From Clostridiales bacterium (lineage in GTDB: Bacteria; Bacillota; Clostridia; Saccharofermentanales; Saccharofermentanaceae): DNA of 64,000 bases. Location: contig JAFWDK010000027.1 in the NCBI GenBank assembly GCA_017513085.1, positions 160,564 to 224,563 of the forward strand. The letters run 5' to 3'. A program made the translations under genes and the position numbers. Positions 18,582 through 27,079 of the stretch are shown piece after piece; the stretch's first letter is position 1; every line of letters starts with the position of its first letter. Below the pieces are notes generated by a model. It had not been told where the DNA came from, did no database searches, and saw only the letters and a list, made by a program, of their open reading frames with translations.

Positions 18582-20306
18582 TCAATCATCAGTTTCATCT
18601 ATCCTTCTAAATACAGCAACTACATCTGGTTCGTAATACAAGGTCTCATAATCATCGTTTAAGTAATCATCAACACTGTACTTGTCGTTTTCCTGTCGAA
18701 GATCTACGACATAATACTCAGTCTTGTTGTCCGTTCGTTCCAGTTCATAAACAACATCGTGATCCGAGAAGTCGGCTACAAAGAAAGCTGTAGCCGTAAC
18801 AGATGCATCTTCAGGCACAAGGGAGACAGCGTAGTTTATCTTTGCACGTTTTTCCGCCGAACGGTTAAAGAAATCTATGTACCCCAGGTGGTCATAATTG
18901 ATGCTTGAACATAATACTATCGTACAGCACGCACCATATAGAAGCAGTTTATCTCGATGTTTTTCTTTAAGGTCGGCATAGTTGAGTACTGCCAGATATA
19001 CGAGAATAGCACATGTACCAAAGCAGTATTGATATCTCATATCATATTGGTAATGGTAATTCGGCATCAGGTTAATCAATATCCATGGGAGCATAAGAAT
19101 AGCTCTTTTAAAATCCTTTGTTATTATTGGCAGGAATCCCATCGGCATCAGAGTCAGGAACATAAACTTCAGTTTATCTGCCACTGAAATCTGACTTATA
19201 ACGTAGACAGGATCTGAGATTGCGGTTGATAGGATCGACAATGTTCCTTCTCCGTCCTGCAAATAATTGTTATAACGATACAACATTACCCCGTCGCCGT
19301 ATGTGGACAGATAGCGCGTGATACCCACGAAGTATGCAATAGATACTATAAAAATGCATAAATTACATTTGTAGTTTTTATGGGTAAATAAAAAGTACAA
19401 AGCAATAACAGCAACATATACGGCCGCATCTTCTTTGACTGCAAGCAATAATATAGAGAAAAGCGCCTGACCATACCATAATTCTTTTTCACAGAAATAT
19501 ATAAGCCACAAAACAAGCGGTGCAAGGAAACAGTTCTCATGAAGATGGTAGAAACAACCACCGACAAATCCCGGAAAGAATAGATATATCAGTGAGAAGA
19601 TGATCATTGAGGCTTTCCCTAACGAGTGCTTTCTCATGATCAACGCCAAGGGTATTATTCCGGACATTACGATCAAACTTTGCATAAGTTCCAGAGTTAT
19701 AGGACTTGGGAAAAGATAATAGAATGGAAGAATAAGATAGTAGATGGGTGACATATGAACAGAGAAATGTGACATTAAAACATCTCTTTCACAAGTCGTA
19801 AATGGTATGCCTGTCTCTTTCATATAATGAAACATTTGAGAAAATATCCCAAAGTCATAACAGGCAGTCCAATGGTTTATATAGATCAGGCAACAGTTCC
19901 CTCCAACCAGTACGACAAAAAGGAGACATAGGAATAGAATAGAACGTCGGAATGTTTTATTCCCTATTCGCGGTCGGATATCCTTGATATCGGTACTCAG
20001 AATAATAATCCCAAGAACTACACACAGTCCTATTGCGAAATACTGTTCACGATTGATTACTGCCGCAGCTGTAAAGTAGAGGGTCGAAAAGACAATCATG
20101 GCAAGTTTGACAACTCTCTGATCTTTCAATCTGTTGATCAGTAACCAGATCGAGAATACTGCAACTATGAAGAGAATGATCGCCAAGTATTTCACTGAGT
20201 GTAAATTGACCAGATCCATTTGTTTATTGGCAAAATATAATACAGAGACGAGAATCCAGCTTAGTGCAAGATTATATGCTTTGTTAGAATCTAGTTTAGC
20301 GAACAT
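18582..20306 (-). CDS. DUF2079 family polytopic membrane protein (probable GT-C glycosyltransferase)
   Basis: YDFGIFSQ, SHFSVHMSPI, YHLHEN, VKED, YQY motifs; many TM segments. Confidence 0.8.
   Translation of the reverse strand: MFAKLDSNKAYNLALSWILVSVLYFANKQMDLVNLHSVKYLAIILFIVAVFSIWLLINRLKDQRVVKLAMIVFSTLYFTAAAVINREQYFAIGLCVVLGIIILSTDIKDIRPRIGNKTFRRSILFLCLLFVVLVGGNCCLIYINHWTACYDFGIFSQMFHYMKETGIPFTTCERDVLMSHFSVHMSPIYYLILPFYYLFPSPITLELMQSLIVMSGIIPLALIMRKHSLGKASMIIFSLIYLFFPGFVGGCFYHLHENCFLAPLVLWLIYFCEKELWYGQALFSILLLAVKEDAAVYVAVIALYFLFTHKNYKCNLCIFIVSIAYFVGITRYLSTYGDGVMLYRYNNYLQDGEGTLSILSTAISDPVYVISQISVADKLKFMFLTLMPMGFLPIITKDFKRAILMLPWILINLMPNYHYQYDMRYQYCFGTCAILVYLAVLNYADLKEKHRDKLLLYGACCTIVLCSSINYDHLGYIDFFNRSAEKRAKINYAVSLVPEDASVTATAFFVADFSDHDVVYELERTDNKTEYYVVDLRQENDKYSVDDYLNDDYETLYYEPDVVAVFRRIDETDD
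19364..19373. promoter_or_regulatory. Intragenic BlaI-type operator
   Basis: TACATTTGTA inside a 21-bp exact copy of the operator upstream of the repressor gene. Confidence 0.55.
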
Positions 20307-20332
20307 GACAAGAAGAATCCTTTCAAGAATCT

Positions 20333-20346
20333 ACTACAAATGTAGT
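20333..20346. promoter_or_regulatory. BlaI/MecI/CopY-type operator upstream of DUF2079
   Basis: ACTACA-AA-TGTAGT palindrome. Confidence 0.8.
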
Positions 20347-20364
20347 TTATTGGGGTAAAAAAAT

Positions 20365-21579
20365 TTATTCGCTTGGATAAGCGGTCATAGAGGTTGTTGT
20401 TTCTGTAATAGCAGTGGTAGTCGTTGGGATTGTTTCATCGCCGAAATACTGCACATACGAAGTTTCTTCCACTTCCATGTTGTCAATATCCATATAATAC
20501 GTCGTGACTTCAGTCATATCTTCTTCACCTATCCAATATGTTGTCTCCGCACTAGATTCGGGAGTGTTCATGATGGTCGTAGTTACAGACGGGTAGGAGT
20601 CATTGTATGAAGAATCCTGAGAAGAGATATCTTTAGATGCAATAGCAAATCCCGATATGCACGTAAGAAGAATAATCGCAATCAATGTACCTATAAATAG
20701 TCTACGAGATCCTGATAGGATCAATTGAAGTCTGTGCTTAAGGCTTTGTTTAGGAGAATAAAAGTTGGTCGTTATAGCTGGTGTGGGGCTAACTGAAAAC
20801 GTAGATCTGGTTGCTGAGACTGTATTAAGGATCGACTCACAATATACTTTTCGCATTTGTGCATCCTCATCAGAGGTGACGGCCATATCACAATAATATT
20901 CGCATTCCTGTTCGAGTTTCCTGCTTATCACTATCATCAAGGGATTGAACCAGTGCATGGTGCGACATACCGTGATGAAAAGCTTAATCCAAAGGTCATG
21001 ATGTTTATAATGTGTAAGCTCGTGCTTAATGATTAATCTCAGTTCGTTATAACCATAACTTCTGCAGGGGATAAGGATTATCGGATTGATAAGCCCGGTC
21101 ATCATTGGTGACGAGATGCATTCGGATGTATACACCTCTATTGGTCTTTTTATCTTGAGTGCTTTAGATACTTCACTTGTCAATTCCTGTATATCAGAAG
21201 GCGCCGATTTTGCAAATCGCATAACTGTTTTATTCCATGCAGTACTACGTATAATGTAGAAAAGAATAAATGATACCGCTCCGATAAGATAAATGGCAGT
21301 TACAACAGACATAGGATTAATCAGTGATGTCGTACTAGTATGGACTGTATTTGTAGCAACAACAGGATTTGCTGGTGCTGTATTCTCTAAAGTAACCAAT
21401 GCACTTCCCCAATGGGGTCTGATTGGAATGAGAAATCCGATAATAACGACAAGCCAAGAATAGTATCTGATCGATGGAGACTGTTTATTGCTAAGAACGC
21501 GTGAGACTATCAGATAGATTACTGCGACTATGGACATGTTCATTGAGCAAATGAGAATATTAAGCATTGCACACCTCAC
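20365..21579 (-). CDS. M56 family (BlaR1-like) metallopeptidase signal transducer
   Basis: HELTH zinc motif, HWFNP, ECEYYCD; Thr/Ser-rich C-terminal tail in place of a penicillin-binding domain. Confidence 0.9.
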   Translation of the reverse strand: MRCAMLNILICSMNMSIVAVIYLIVSRVLSNKQSPSIRYYSWLVVIIGFLIPIRPHWGSALVTLENTAPANPVVATNTVHTSTTSLINPMSVVTAIYLIGAVSFILFYIIRSTAWNKTVMRFAKSAPSDIQELTSEVSKALKIKRPIEVYTSECISSPMMTGLINPIILIPCRSYGYNELRLIIKHELTHYKHHDLWIKLFITVCRTMHWFNPLMIVISRKLEQECEYYCDMAVTSDEDAQMRKVYCESILNTVSATRSTFSVSPTPAITTNFYSPKQSLKHRLQLILSGSRRLFIGTLIAIILLTCISGFAIASKDISSQDSSYNDSYPSVTTTIMNTPESSAETTYWIGEEDMTEVTTYYMDIDNMEVEETSYVQYFGDETIPTTTTAITETTTSMTAYPSE

Positions 21580-21947
21580 ATATCATTAAGCCAGTTCTTG
21601 AGTTCACTAATATCTTCGTCAGATATCTCGCCATCACTATATAAGGCCTTCACAAAACCTGACATCTTATTTGCACCGAATCTACTTTTCAGTGATTCTG
21701 CCTCAATGTTCATATATTGTGACTCGCTGATAACAGCATAATATCCACGCTCTTTGCCATTCTTTTCGGAATGCAGAAAGCCTTTCTTTTCCAACCTGAC
21801 AAGCATAGTCATGACGGTTTGCTGTTTCCAATCACGATCATGAAGATCCCTGCTTAAGATTACCGTGAGGGCTGGAGAAGTTACAGGCTGCTCGATATGC
21901 CAAATAGCCTTCATTATTTCAAATTCTGCATCCGGTAGTTTTTTCAT
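21576..21947 (-). CDS. BlaI/MecI/CopY family repressor
   Basis: LPDAEFEIMKAIW, W..QTVMTMLVRLEKKG; overlaps the M56 start. Confidence 0.93.
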   Translation of the reverse strand: MKKLPDAEFEIMKAIWHIEQPVTSPALTVILSRDLHDRDWKQQTVMTMLVRLEKKGFLHSEKNGKERGYYAVISESQYMNIEAESLKSRFGANKMSGFVKALYSDGEISDEDISELKNWLNDM

Positions 21948-21970
21948 TGCACGAATAATCTTTCATAAAT

Positions 21971-21980
21971 TACATTTGTA
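21971..21980. promoter_or_regulatory. Autoregulatory BlaI-type operator
   Basis: TACATTTGTA about 24 nt upstream of the repressor start. Confidence 0.8.
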
Positions 21981-22076
21981 GTTTATCTAATGATAAGTCA
22001 ATAATTCCGTGTTGTCAATTTGAAATATGAGAAAACGGCAGTCATCGATAAACAAGACTATATCCCTTAGGTTACT

Positions 22077-22120
22077 AAGGGCGCACTTCTATACATACCC
22101 TACGGGATGTATCAGTGCGC
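22077..22120. other. oriT (MOBQ-type nic region)
   Basis: AAGGGCGCACTT is the reverse complement of the AAGTGCGCCCT nic consensus; nested inverted repeats GCGCACT/AGTGCGC and ATACAT/ATGTAT. Confidence 0.8.
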
Positions 22121-22220
22121 TCTCCGAGGGCAGGTAATGCAACTTCGCTTCAGATGCATTAATCTTCGTCACGTTCGTTCCGGACAAGAGGCTCAGCCTC
22201 TTGCGCCACTATGGTGGCTA

Positions 22221-23582
22221 TCACCAATCCCGCCACTTCAGGCGGTCGTATTCATGGAACCTTATATGAGGATATTGAGCCGCATACCGCTCACAGTAAT
22301 CAGCGGGTCTGCATCTGACATAGATGTTGATGATCGACTCATATAACGGGGCAAACTTCTTCGCGGCATATTCGATCTTTTCAAGATCGTTCCGATCAAA
22401 GCGTCGATCCGTATCTCGGACTATTTTGACGAAAAGCATTTTGCCATCGTATGGAATTACGCTTTCAAAGTGATAAACAAAACCTTTCTCGATAACATCA
22501 GATGGTCTTATGCTGCAAAGCGGATTCCCCGTATACAAGTCATCCAGCCCGAAATCAATGTTCAGTGCGTGAAGGTGACATGCCTTTTCGTATTCCTGTT
22601 CAGATAATCTTGTAACCGCTTTAATGTAGTCATCGGTAATTTCCGGAAATTGCTGAGGTCGAGCCAATCGCATTTTTTCTTTGATCAGGAAGGAATAGTA
22701 TAGCTCCATATATATGTTTCGGAAGTAATAGCATTTCCCGGAATGTTTAAGTATCCGAACATCAACAAGGGAGCGAAGATACTTCTCACATTTATTATAT
22801 GCATATCCTGTTACGGAACCGATCTCGCTTATACGAGTATTATCCTCTGCAATGACAGTAAGTAGTTCATTATATATCTCCGGTTTGCGGAAATAATGAT
22901 CCATCAGATGCGGCATATAATTCATCAACGGCGAATCAATGCGGGTCAGGTTCCAAGCCGCATCTTTGAAATTTTCATATTCAGAAAAAAGCCGGACAAG
23001 TTCCGGTATTCCTCCGGTTGCCGTGCTTACCAGGAGAGAATTCTGCGCATCCATCTTCGGAAGCATCTTATGAACGTCGGAAAGTGCCAGATGATTCACA
23101 GTGCAAGGGAATATGTTTTTGCCCATCCCCGTGGGAAGCCGTTCTCCGACAAGACAGATAAAAATGTTATTGCGATCCGGATCGAACCTAAACTTTTCGA
23201 AAGCATCGATAAACCCAATATAATCTTCTGTTTTCTGGATATCGTCAAGGATAAAGATCTTATAATGCCAGCCTGACAGATGCTTCATCGTTTCAAAGAT
23301 ATCACTCCAATTATCACTTGCCGCTTTGATGCCGGTGTACCTTTCAACACGCTCGGCTAACAGCTTCTGTGCGCAATTCTCCGACTGACCTTTAAATGAA
23401 AAATAGCACAGATCGGCTCGGTTCTCATAAGCCTTTAAAACAAGAGATGTCTTGCCGCAGTGAGGCTCTCCCAAAACGGCAAGTATCTCCCGCGGTTCAC
23501 CCCAACCGTTCTTGTCATGGAGGTTTTCCTTGAACAGCCCTTTTAACTCATTAACGTAAATCGTTCTCGGCGCGAATAACAT
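22221..23582 (-). CDS. P-loop ATPase (archaeal-ATPase/DUF234-like) with a winged helix
   Basis: Walker A GEPHCGKT, Walker B IFILDD, TGGIP motif. Confidence 0.75.
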   Translation of the reverse strand: MLFAPRTIYVNELKGLFKENLHDKNGWGEPREILAVLGEPHCGKTSLVLKAYENRADLCYFSFKGQSENCAQKLLAERVERYTGIKAASDNWSDIFETMKHLSGWHYKIFILDDIQKTEDYIGFIDAFEKFRFDPDRNNIFICLVGERLPTGMGKNIFPCTVNHLALSDVHKMLPKMDAQNSLLVSTATGGIPELVRLFSEYENFKDAAWNLTRIDSPLMNYMPHLMDHYFRKPEIYNELLTVIAEDNTRISEIGSVTGYAYNKCEKYLRSLVDVRILKHSGKCYYFRNIYMELYYSFLIKEKMRLARPQQFPEITDDYIKAVTRLSEQEYEKACHLHALNIDFGLDDLYTGNPLCSIRPSDVIEKGFVYHFESVIPYDGKMLFVKIVRDTDRRFDRNDLEKIEYAAKKFAPLYESIINIYVRCRPADYCERYAAQYPHIRFHEYDRLKWRDW

Positions 23583-23845
23583 ATTTCACCTTCTCAGTAA
23601 ATAATCAACTTATAAGTTGATAAAAGTGCTTTCATTATACATCAAACGGCATTTTGATTCATTGTTGACAATTTTCGTTCTGAACAAAATGCCCATAAAA
23701 TAAGGCTCTTTAAAAAGTTTACAAAATAATTTCGATCATTTGTCTACCAACTGCCCGGAAAACCACTAACAAAAAGTAGAAGCACCTGAAAGGGCAAGAA
23801 TGTCTTTTTCGAAGGTTTCAATAATCAAATTTGCAGGAGGTAAGA

Positions 23846-24172
23846 ATGAAAAAACAAACAGTCGAAGACATCAGGAAGGAGATCATATCCACAGAAAAGG
23901 ACAAGGTGATCATCGTACATCAGATCAAAAGGCTGGAGAACCGGGCAAACTATTACACCAAAGCTGAGAAGCGAAAAAGAACGCATCACCTGTGTAATAT
24001 CGGCGGTGCAATCGAGGCTCTTTTCCCTATTTCGAAGACACTTTCAAAGACAGAATTCTTCGAATTTATGGAGAAGATTTCAGCATTGCCGGATGTTGTT
24101 TCCTTGGTAAAAGAGACAGAGAACAGAATTATGATAAACACCGCTGACGATCACGGGAAGGATGTGGTCTGA
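23846..24172 (+). CDS. DUF3847-like mobilization accessory protein
   Basis: Coiled coil plus RKRTHHLCNIGGAIE; coupled to the relaxase by TGATG. Confidence 0.75.
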   Translation: MKKQTVEDIRKEIISTEKDKVIIVHQIKRLENRANYYTKAEKRKRTHHLCNIGGAIEALFPISKTLSKTEFFEFMEKISALPDVVSLVKETENRIMINTADDHGKDVV

Positions 24173-25611
24173 TGGCGCTCTATCATTTTTCCGTAACACA
24201 GGTTAAGCGAAGTGCAGGACAAAGCGCGATTGCCTGCGCATCGTATCGTGCAGGGGAACGTCTTTACAGTCAATATTACGATGAGGTCAGTGATTACTCC
24301 AAGAAAGGGGGCGTGATCTATAGTGAGATCATGCTTCCAGAGAATGCACCTAAGGAATATGCGGATCGGGAAACACTCTGGAACGCTGTCGAAGATGTGG
24401 AGAAACACCCCAAGGCACAGCTGGCATATAGCTTTGATATTGCTCTTCAGAACGAATTATCCCAAGAAGAAAATATCGATCTGGCTAGAAGATTTGTGAA
24501 GGAATATCTTGTGGCAGATGGTATGATCGCTGATCTTGCCGTTCACAATCCTGAACGTGACGGGAACCCCAATCCTCATATTCATATCCTTACAACGATG
24601 CGGCCTCTTAATCCTGACGGAAGCTGGGGATCTAAGCAGCATCGTGAATATCTTTTTGATGATCAGGGGAATCCCGTAAAGGATGAGAAAGGTAATCAGA
24701 AATATAAAGCGGTACCGAATACCGATTGGGGAACACCCGAGAAACTTCAGCAATGGCGCGAGGATTGGGCAAACCTCGTTAATTCCAAATTCGAAGAGAA
24801 AGGTCTTCCCTGTCGAATAGACCACAGATCTTATGAGAATCAGGGCATTCATGAACTTCCGACAGTTCACGAAGGTCCGACTGTCCGTGCGATGGAACTG
24901 AAAGGCATTCCAACGGAAAAGGGCGAGTATAACCGATGGATACGAAAGACAAATGCGATGATCAGGGGTCTTCTCTCTAAGATTAAAGAAATGGTCGCCG
25001 CTATCAAAGACATGCGCGAAGAAATCAAGAGAATCGAGGAAGAACCTTCTCTCGCAGATCTGTTGATGGCAGGTCGAACCCCAGCAAAATCATCGTTACA
25101 GGATCTGAAATTCCTCTCGGCGGATATTCTCTTCCTTCAGAAACATTCTATCTATCGAATCGATGATCTTGAGAACTATCTTGAAAAGATGGAGTCTCTT
25201 AAGCAGTCGCAGAAAGATCGTCTGGATAAATGCAATGCCCGGAGAAAAGAAGTGAAAGAACTTATCTCCTTGCTTGATATCTATCACGAGACCAAGCCGA
25301 TCTACGAAGAAGGCATGAAGAAATTCTTCGGCAAAGAGAAGTATATGCAAGAAAACGAAGGCAGGATCAAACAATATCAGATGGCAAAGAGAAAACTCGC
25401 CAAAGCATCAAAGTCTCGCGGCGGAAAACTCACAAAGAAAATGCTCGAAAAGGAACTTGCAGCATTGGATTCGGAGTATTCCGCTATCCGCGATGAATTC
25501 GTCAAGAGTCGAGACGAAGTCCAAACGGTAAGCAGGATCCAGTATTCGATACAGCGCGGGCTCGAAGCAAAACATCCTCATAAAACCAGAGCTACAGATC
25601 TATCACTTTAA
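24172..25611 (+). CDS. MobA/MobL (MOBQ) relaxase
   Basis: MALYHFS, SAIACASYRAGE, NPHIHIL, RIDHRSY. Confidence 0.95.
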   Translation: MALYHFSVTQVKRSAGQSAIACASYRAGERLYSQYYDEVSDYSKKGGVIYSEIMLPENAPKEYADRETLWNAVEDVEKHPKAQLAYSFDIALQNELSQEENIDLARRFVKEYLVADGMIADLAVHNPERDGNPNPHIHILTTMRPLNPDGSWGSKQHREYLFDDQGNPVKDEKGNQKYKAVPNTDWGTPEKLQQWREDWANLVNSKFEEKGLPCRIDHRSYENQGIHELPTVHEGPTVRAMELKGIPTEKGEYNRWIRKTNAMIRGLLSKIKEMVAAIKDMREEIKRIEEEPSLADLLMAGRTPAKSSLQDLKFLSADILFLQKHSIYRIDDLENYLEKMESLKQSQKDRLDKCNARRKEVKELISLLDIYHETKPIYEEGMKKFFGKEKYMQENEGRIKQYQMAKRKLAKASKSRGGKLTKKMLEKELAALDSEYSAIRDEFVKSRDEVQTVSRIQYSIQRGLEAKHPHKTRATDLSL

Positions 25612-25633
25612 AAATACGGAGGTATATAAATAT

Positions 25634-25888
25634 ATGAAAAAGTATTATAACAATCCCAAATATGATGCGGCATTTGATCGTTGCGTCAATATATTGGCAA
25701 CCCTTATGGTGAAGTACGGCCCGAGAGTGCTTCTGAAGCAGGCCGTTGAAAGAATACTTGGTAAGGGACGCCTGAGTATCTACAATCCTGAAAGTCCTAA
25801 GATCAAGAAAGAACGTCTTATCGCGTATCAGAAAGAGTACGGCAAGATCAGTTCTTCCGCTAAGGATGTAAAAGATAAAGCCGCATAA
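25634..25888 (+). CDS. Small element-encoded protein
   Basis: GGAGG RBS; lies between the relaxase and recombinase modules. Confidence 0.7.
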   Translation: MKKYYNNPKYDAAFDRCVNILATLMVKYGPRVLLKQAVERILGKGRLSIYNPESPKIKKERLIAYQKEYGKISSSAKDVKDKAA

Positions 25889-25907
25889 GACACAAATCTA
25901 CAATTTG

Positions 25908-25952
25908 TGCGTTGCACATGATATGATTATTAGTTATTATTAGTGCAACGCA
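25908..25952 (+). promoter_or_regulatory. SigA promoter bracketed by a 10-bp inverted repeat
   Basis: TTGCAC-N17-TATTAT; TGCGTTGCAC (25908-25917) / GTGCAACGCA (25943-25952). Confidence 0.7.
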
Positions 25953-25966
25953 TAGATAAGGAGATT

Positions 25967-26179
25967 ATGATCATGGACTGCAAGACAAAGATAAAAGAAC
26001 TTCGTGAGATGACAGGAATGAACAGAACGGAGTTTTGTGAGTACTTCCAGATTCCATACGGAACAGTTACCGATTGGGAACGTGATTACCGTCATGCACC
26101 GGAATATGTTCTCCGCCTTCTGGAATACTACATCCGTATGGAGAATCTCATAAAAGACAATAAGGACGAAACGAAGTAA
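25967..26179 (+). CDS. XRE-family HTH regulator
   Basis: IKELREMTGMNRTEFCEYFQIPYGTVTDWE; AAGGAG RBS. Confidence 0.88.
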   Translation: MIMDCKTKIKELREMTGMNRTEFCEYFQIPYGTVTDWERDYRHAPEYVLRLLEYYIRMENLIKDNKDETK

Positions 26180-26218
26180 CCGCATCGAATTACATACGGT
26201 TAGAAAGGAAAAGATAAT

Positions 26219-27079
26219 ATGGCTAACAAACCCATTAAAGATACTATTCATGCTAAAGGATTTGATATCGGTATATATACCACCGATTACGAGAATGAAT
26301 TTATATCATTGACGGATATCGCAAGATATAAGAGCGATATGCCTCATGATGTGGTCAAAAACTGGATGAGGAGCCGAGAAACAATAGAGTTTCTTGGAAT
26401 CTGGGAGAGTCTGCACAATCCGAATTTTAAACAGGTCGAATTCGACCTGTTTAGAAAGGAAGCAGGATTGAACGCATTCACAATGTCACCTACAAAGTGG
26501 ATCGAAAGTACAAATGCTATCGGCATCGTTACAAAAGCCGGACGTTATGGCGGAACTTATGCGCATTCCGATATTGCACTCGAGTTTGCATCTTGGGTAT
26601 CTGCCGAATTCAAACTTTATATCATGAAGGACTATCAGAGACTAAGGCGTGATGAAAGTAGCAGGCTGTCTCTTGCATGGAACCTTCACCGCGAGATTGC
26701 CAAGCTTAATTACCGTGTTCATACCGATGCGATCAAGGATAATCTGATTCCACCGGAACTGACATCAACGCAGATCTCATATAAGTATGCAAGTGAAGCA
26801 GATATGCTTAATGTCGCACTTTTCGGTAAGACTGCTAAAGAATGGCGGGATGAGAATCCTGATAAAAACGGCAATATGAGAGATTATGCTACTCTGAATC
26901 AACTCCTTGTTCTGGCTAACATGGAAAGCTATAACGCAATTCTTATTGAACAAGGAAAGCGGATGTCAGAACGTCTTGTTCTCATTAGAAAGCAAGCTAT
27001 TAAACAACTTCAGACACTTGATCTGGTAAGTCTGGACAATCTGCCCAAGCTCCCGGGAGGAGATAATAATGAAGAATAA
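26219..27079 (+). CDS. KilA-N domain DNA-binding protein
   Basis: FISLTDIA, WMRSRETIEFLG, GRYGGTYAHSDIALEFASW. Confidence 0.9.
   Translation: MANKPIKDTIHAKGFDIGIYTTDYENEFISLTDIARYKSDMPHDVVKNWMRSRETIEFLGIWESLHNPNFKQVEFDLFRKEAGLNAFTMSPTKWIESTNAIGIVTKAGRYGGTYAHSDIALEFASWVSAEFKLYIMKDYQRLRRDESSRLSLAWNLHREIAKLNYRVHTDAIKDNLIPPELTSTQISYKYASEADMLNVALFGKTAKEWRDENPDKNGNMRDYATLNQLLVLANMESYNAILIEQGKRMSERLVLIRKQAIKQLQTLDLVSLDNLPKLPGGDNNEE

Noticed and set aside
20365-21947. Beta-lactam resistance locus
   Set aside because: No penicillin-binding sensor domain, and no beta-lactamase or PBP2a gene in the element
22094-22112. ATACCCTACGGG resembling a CsoR box
   Set aside because: Better explained as part of the oriT hairpin
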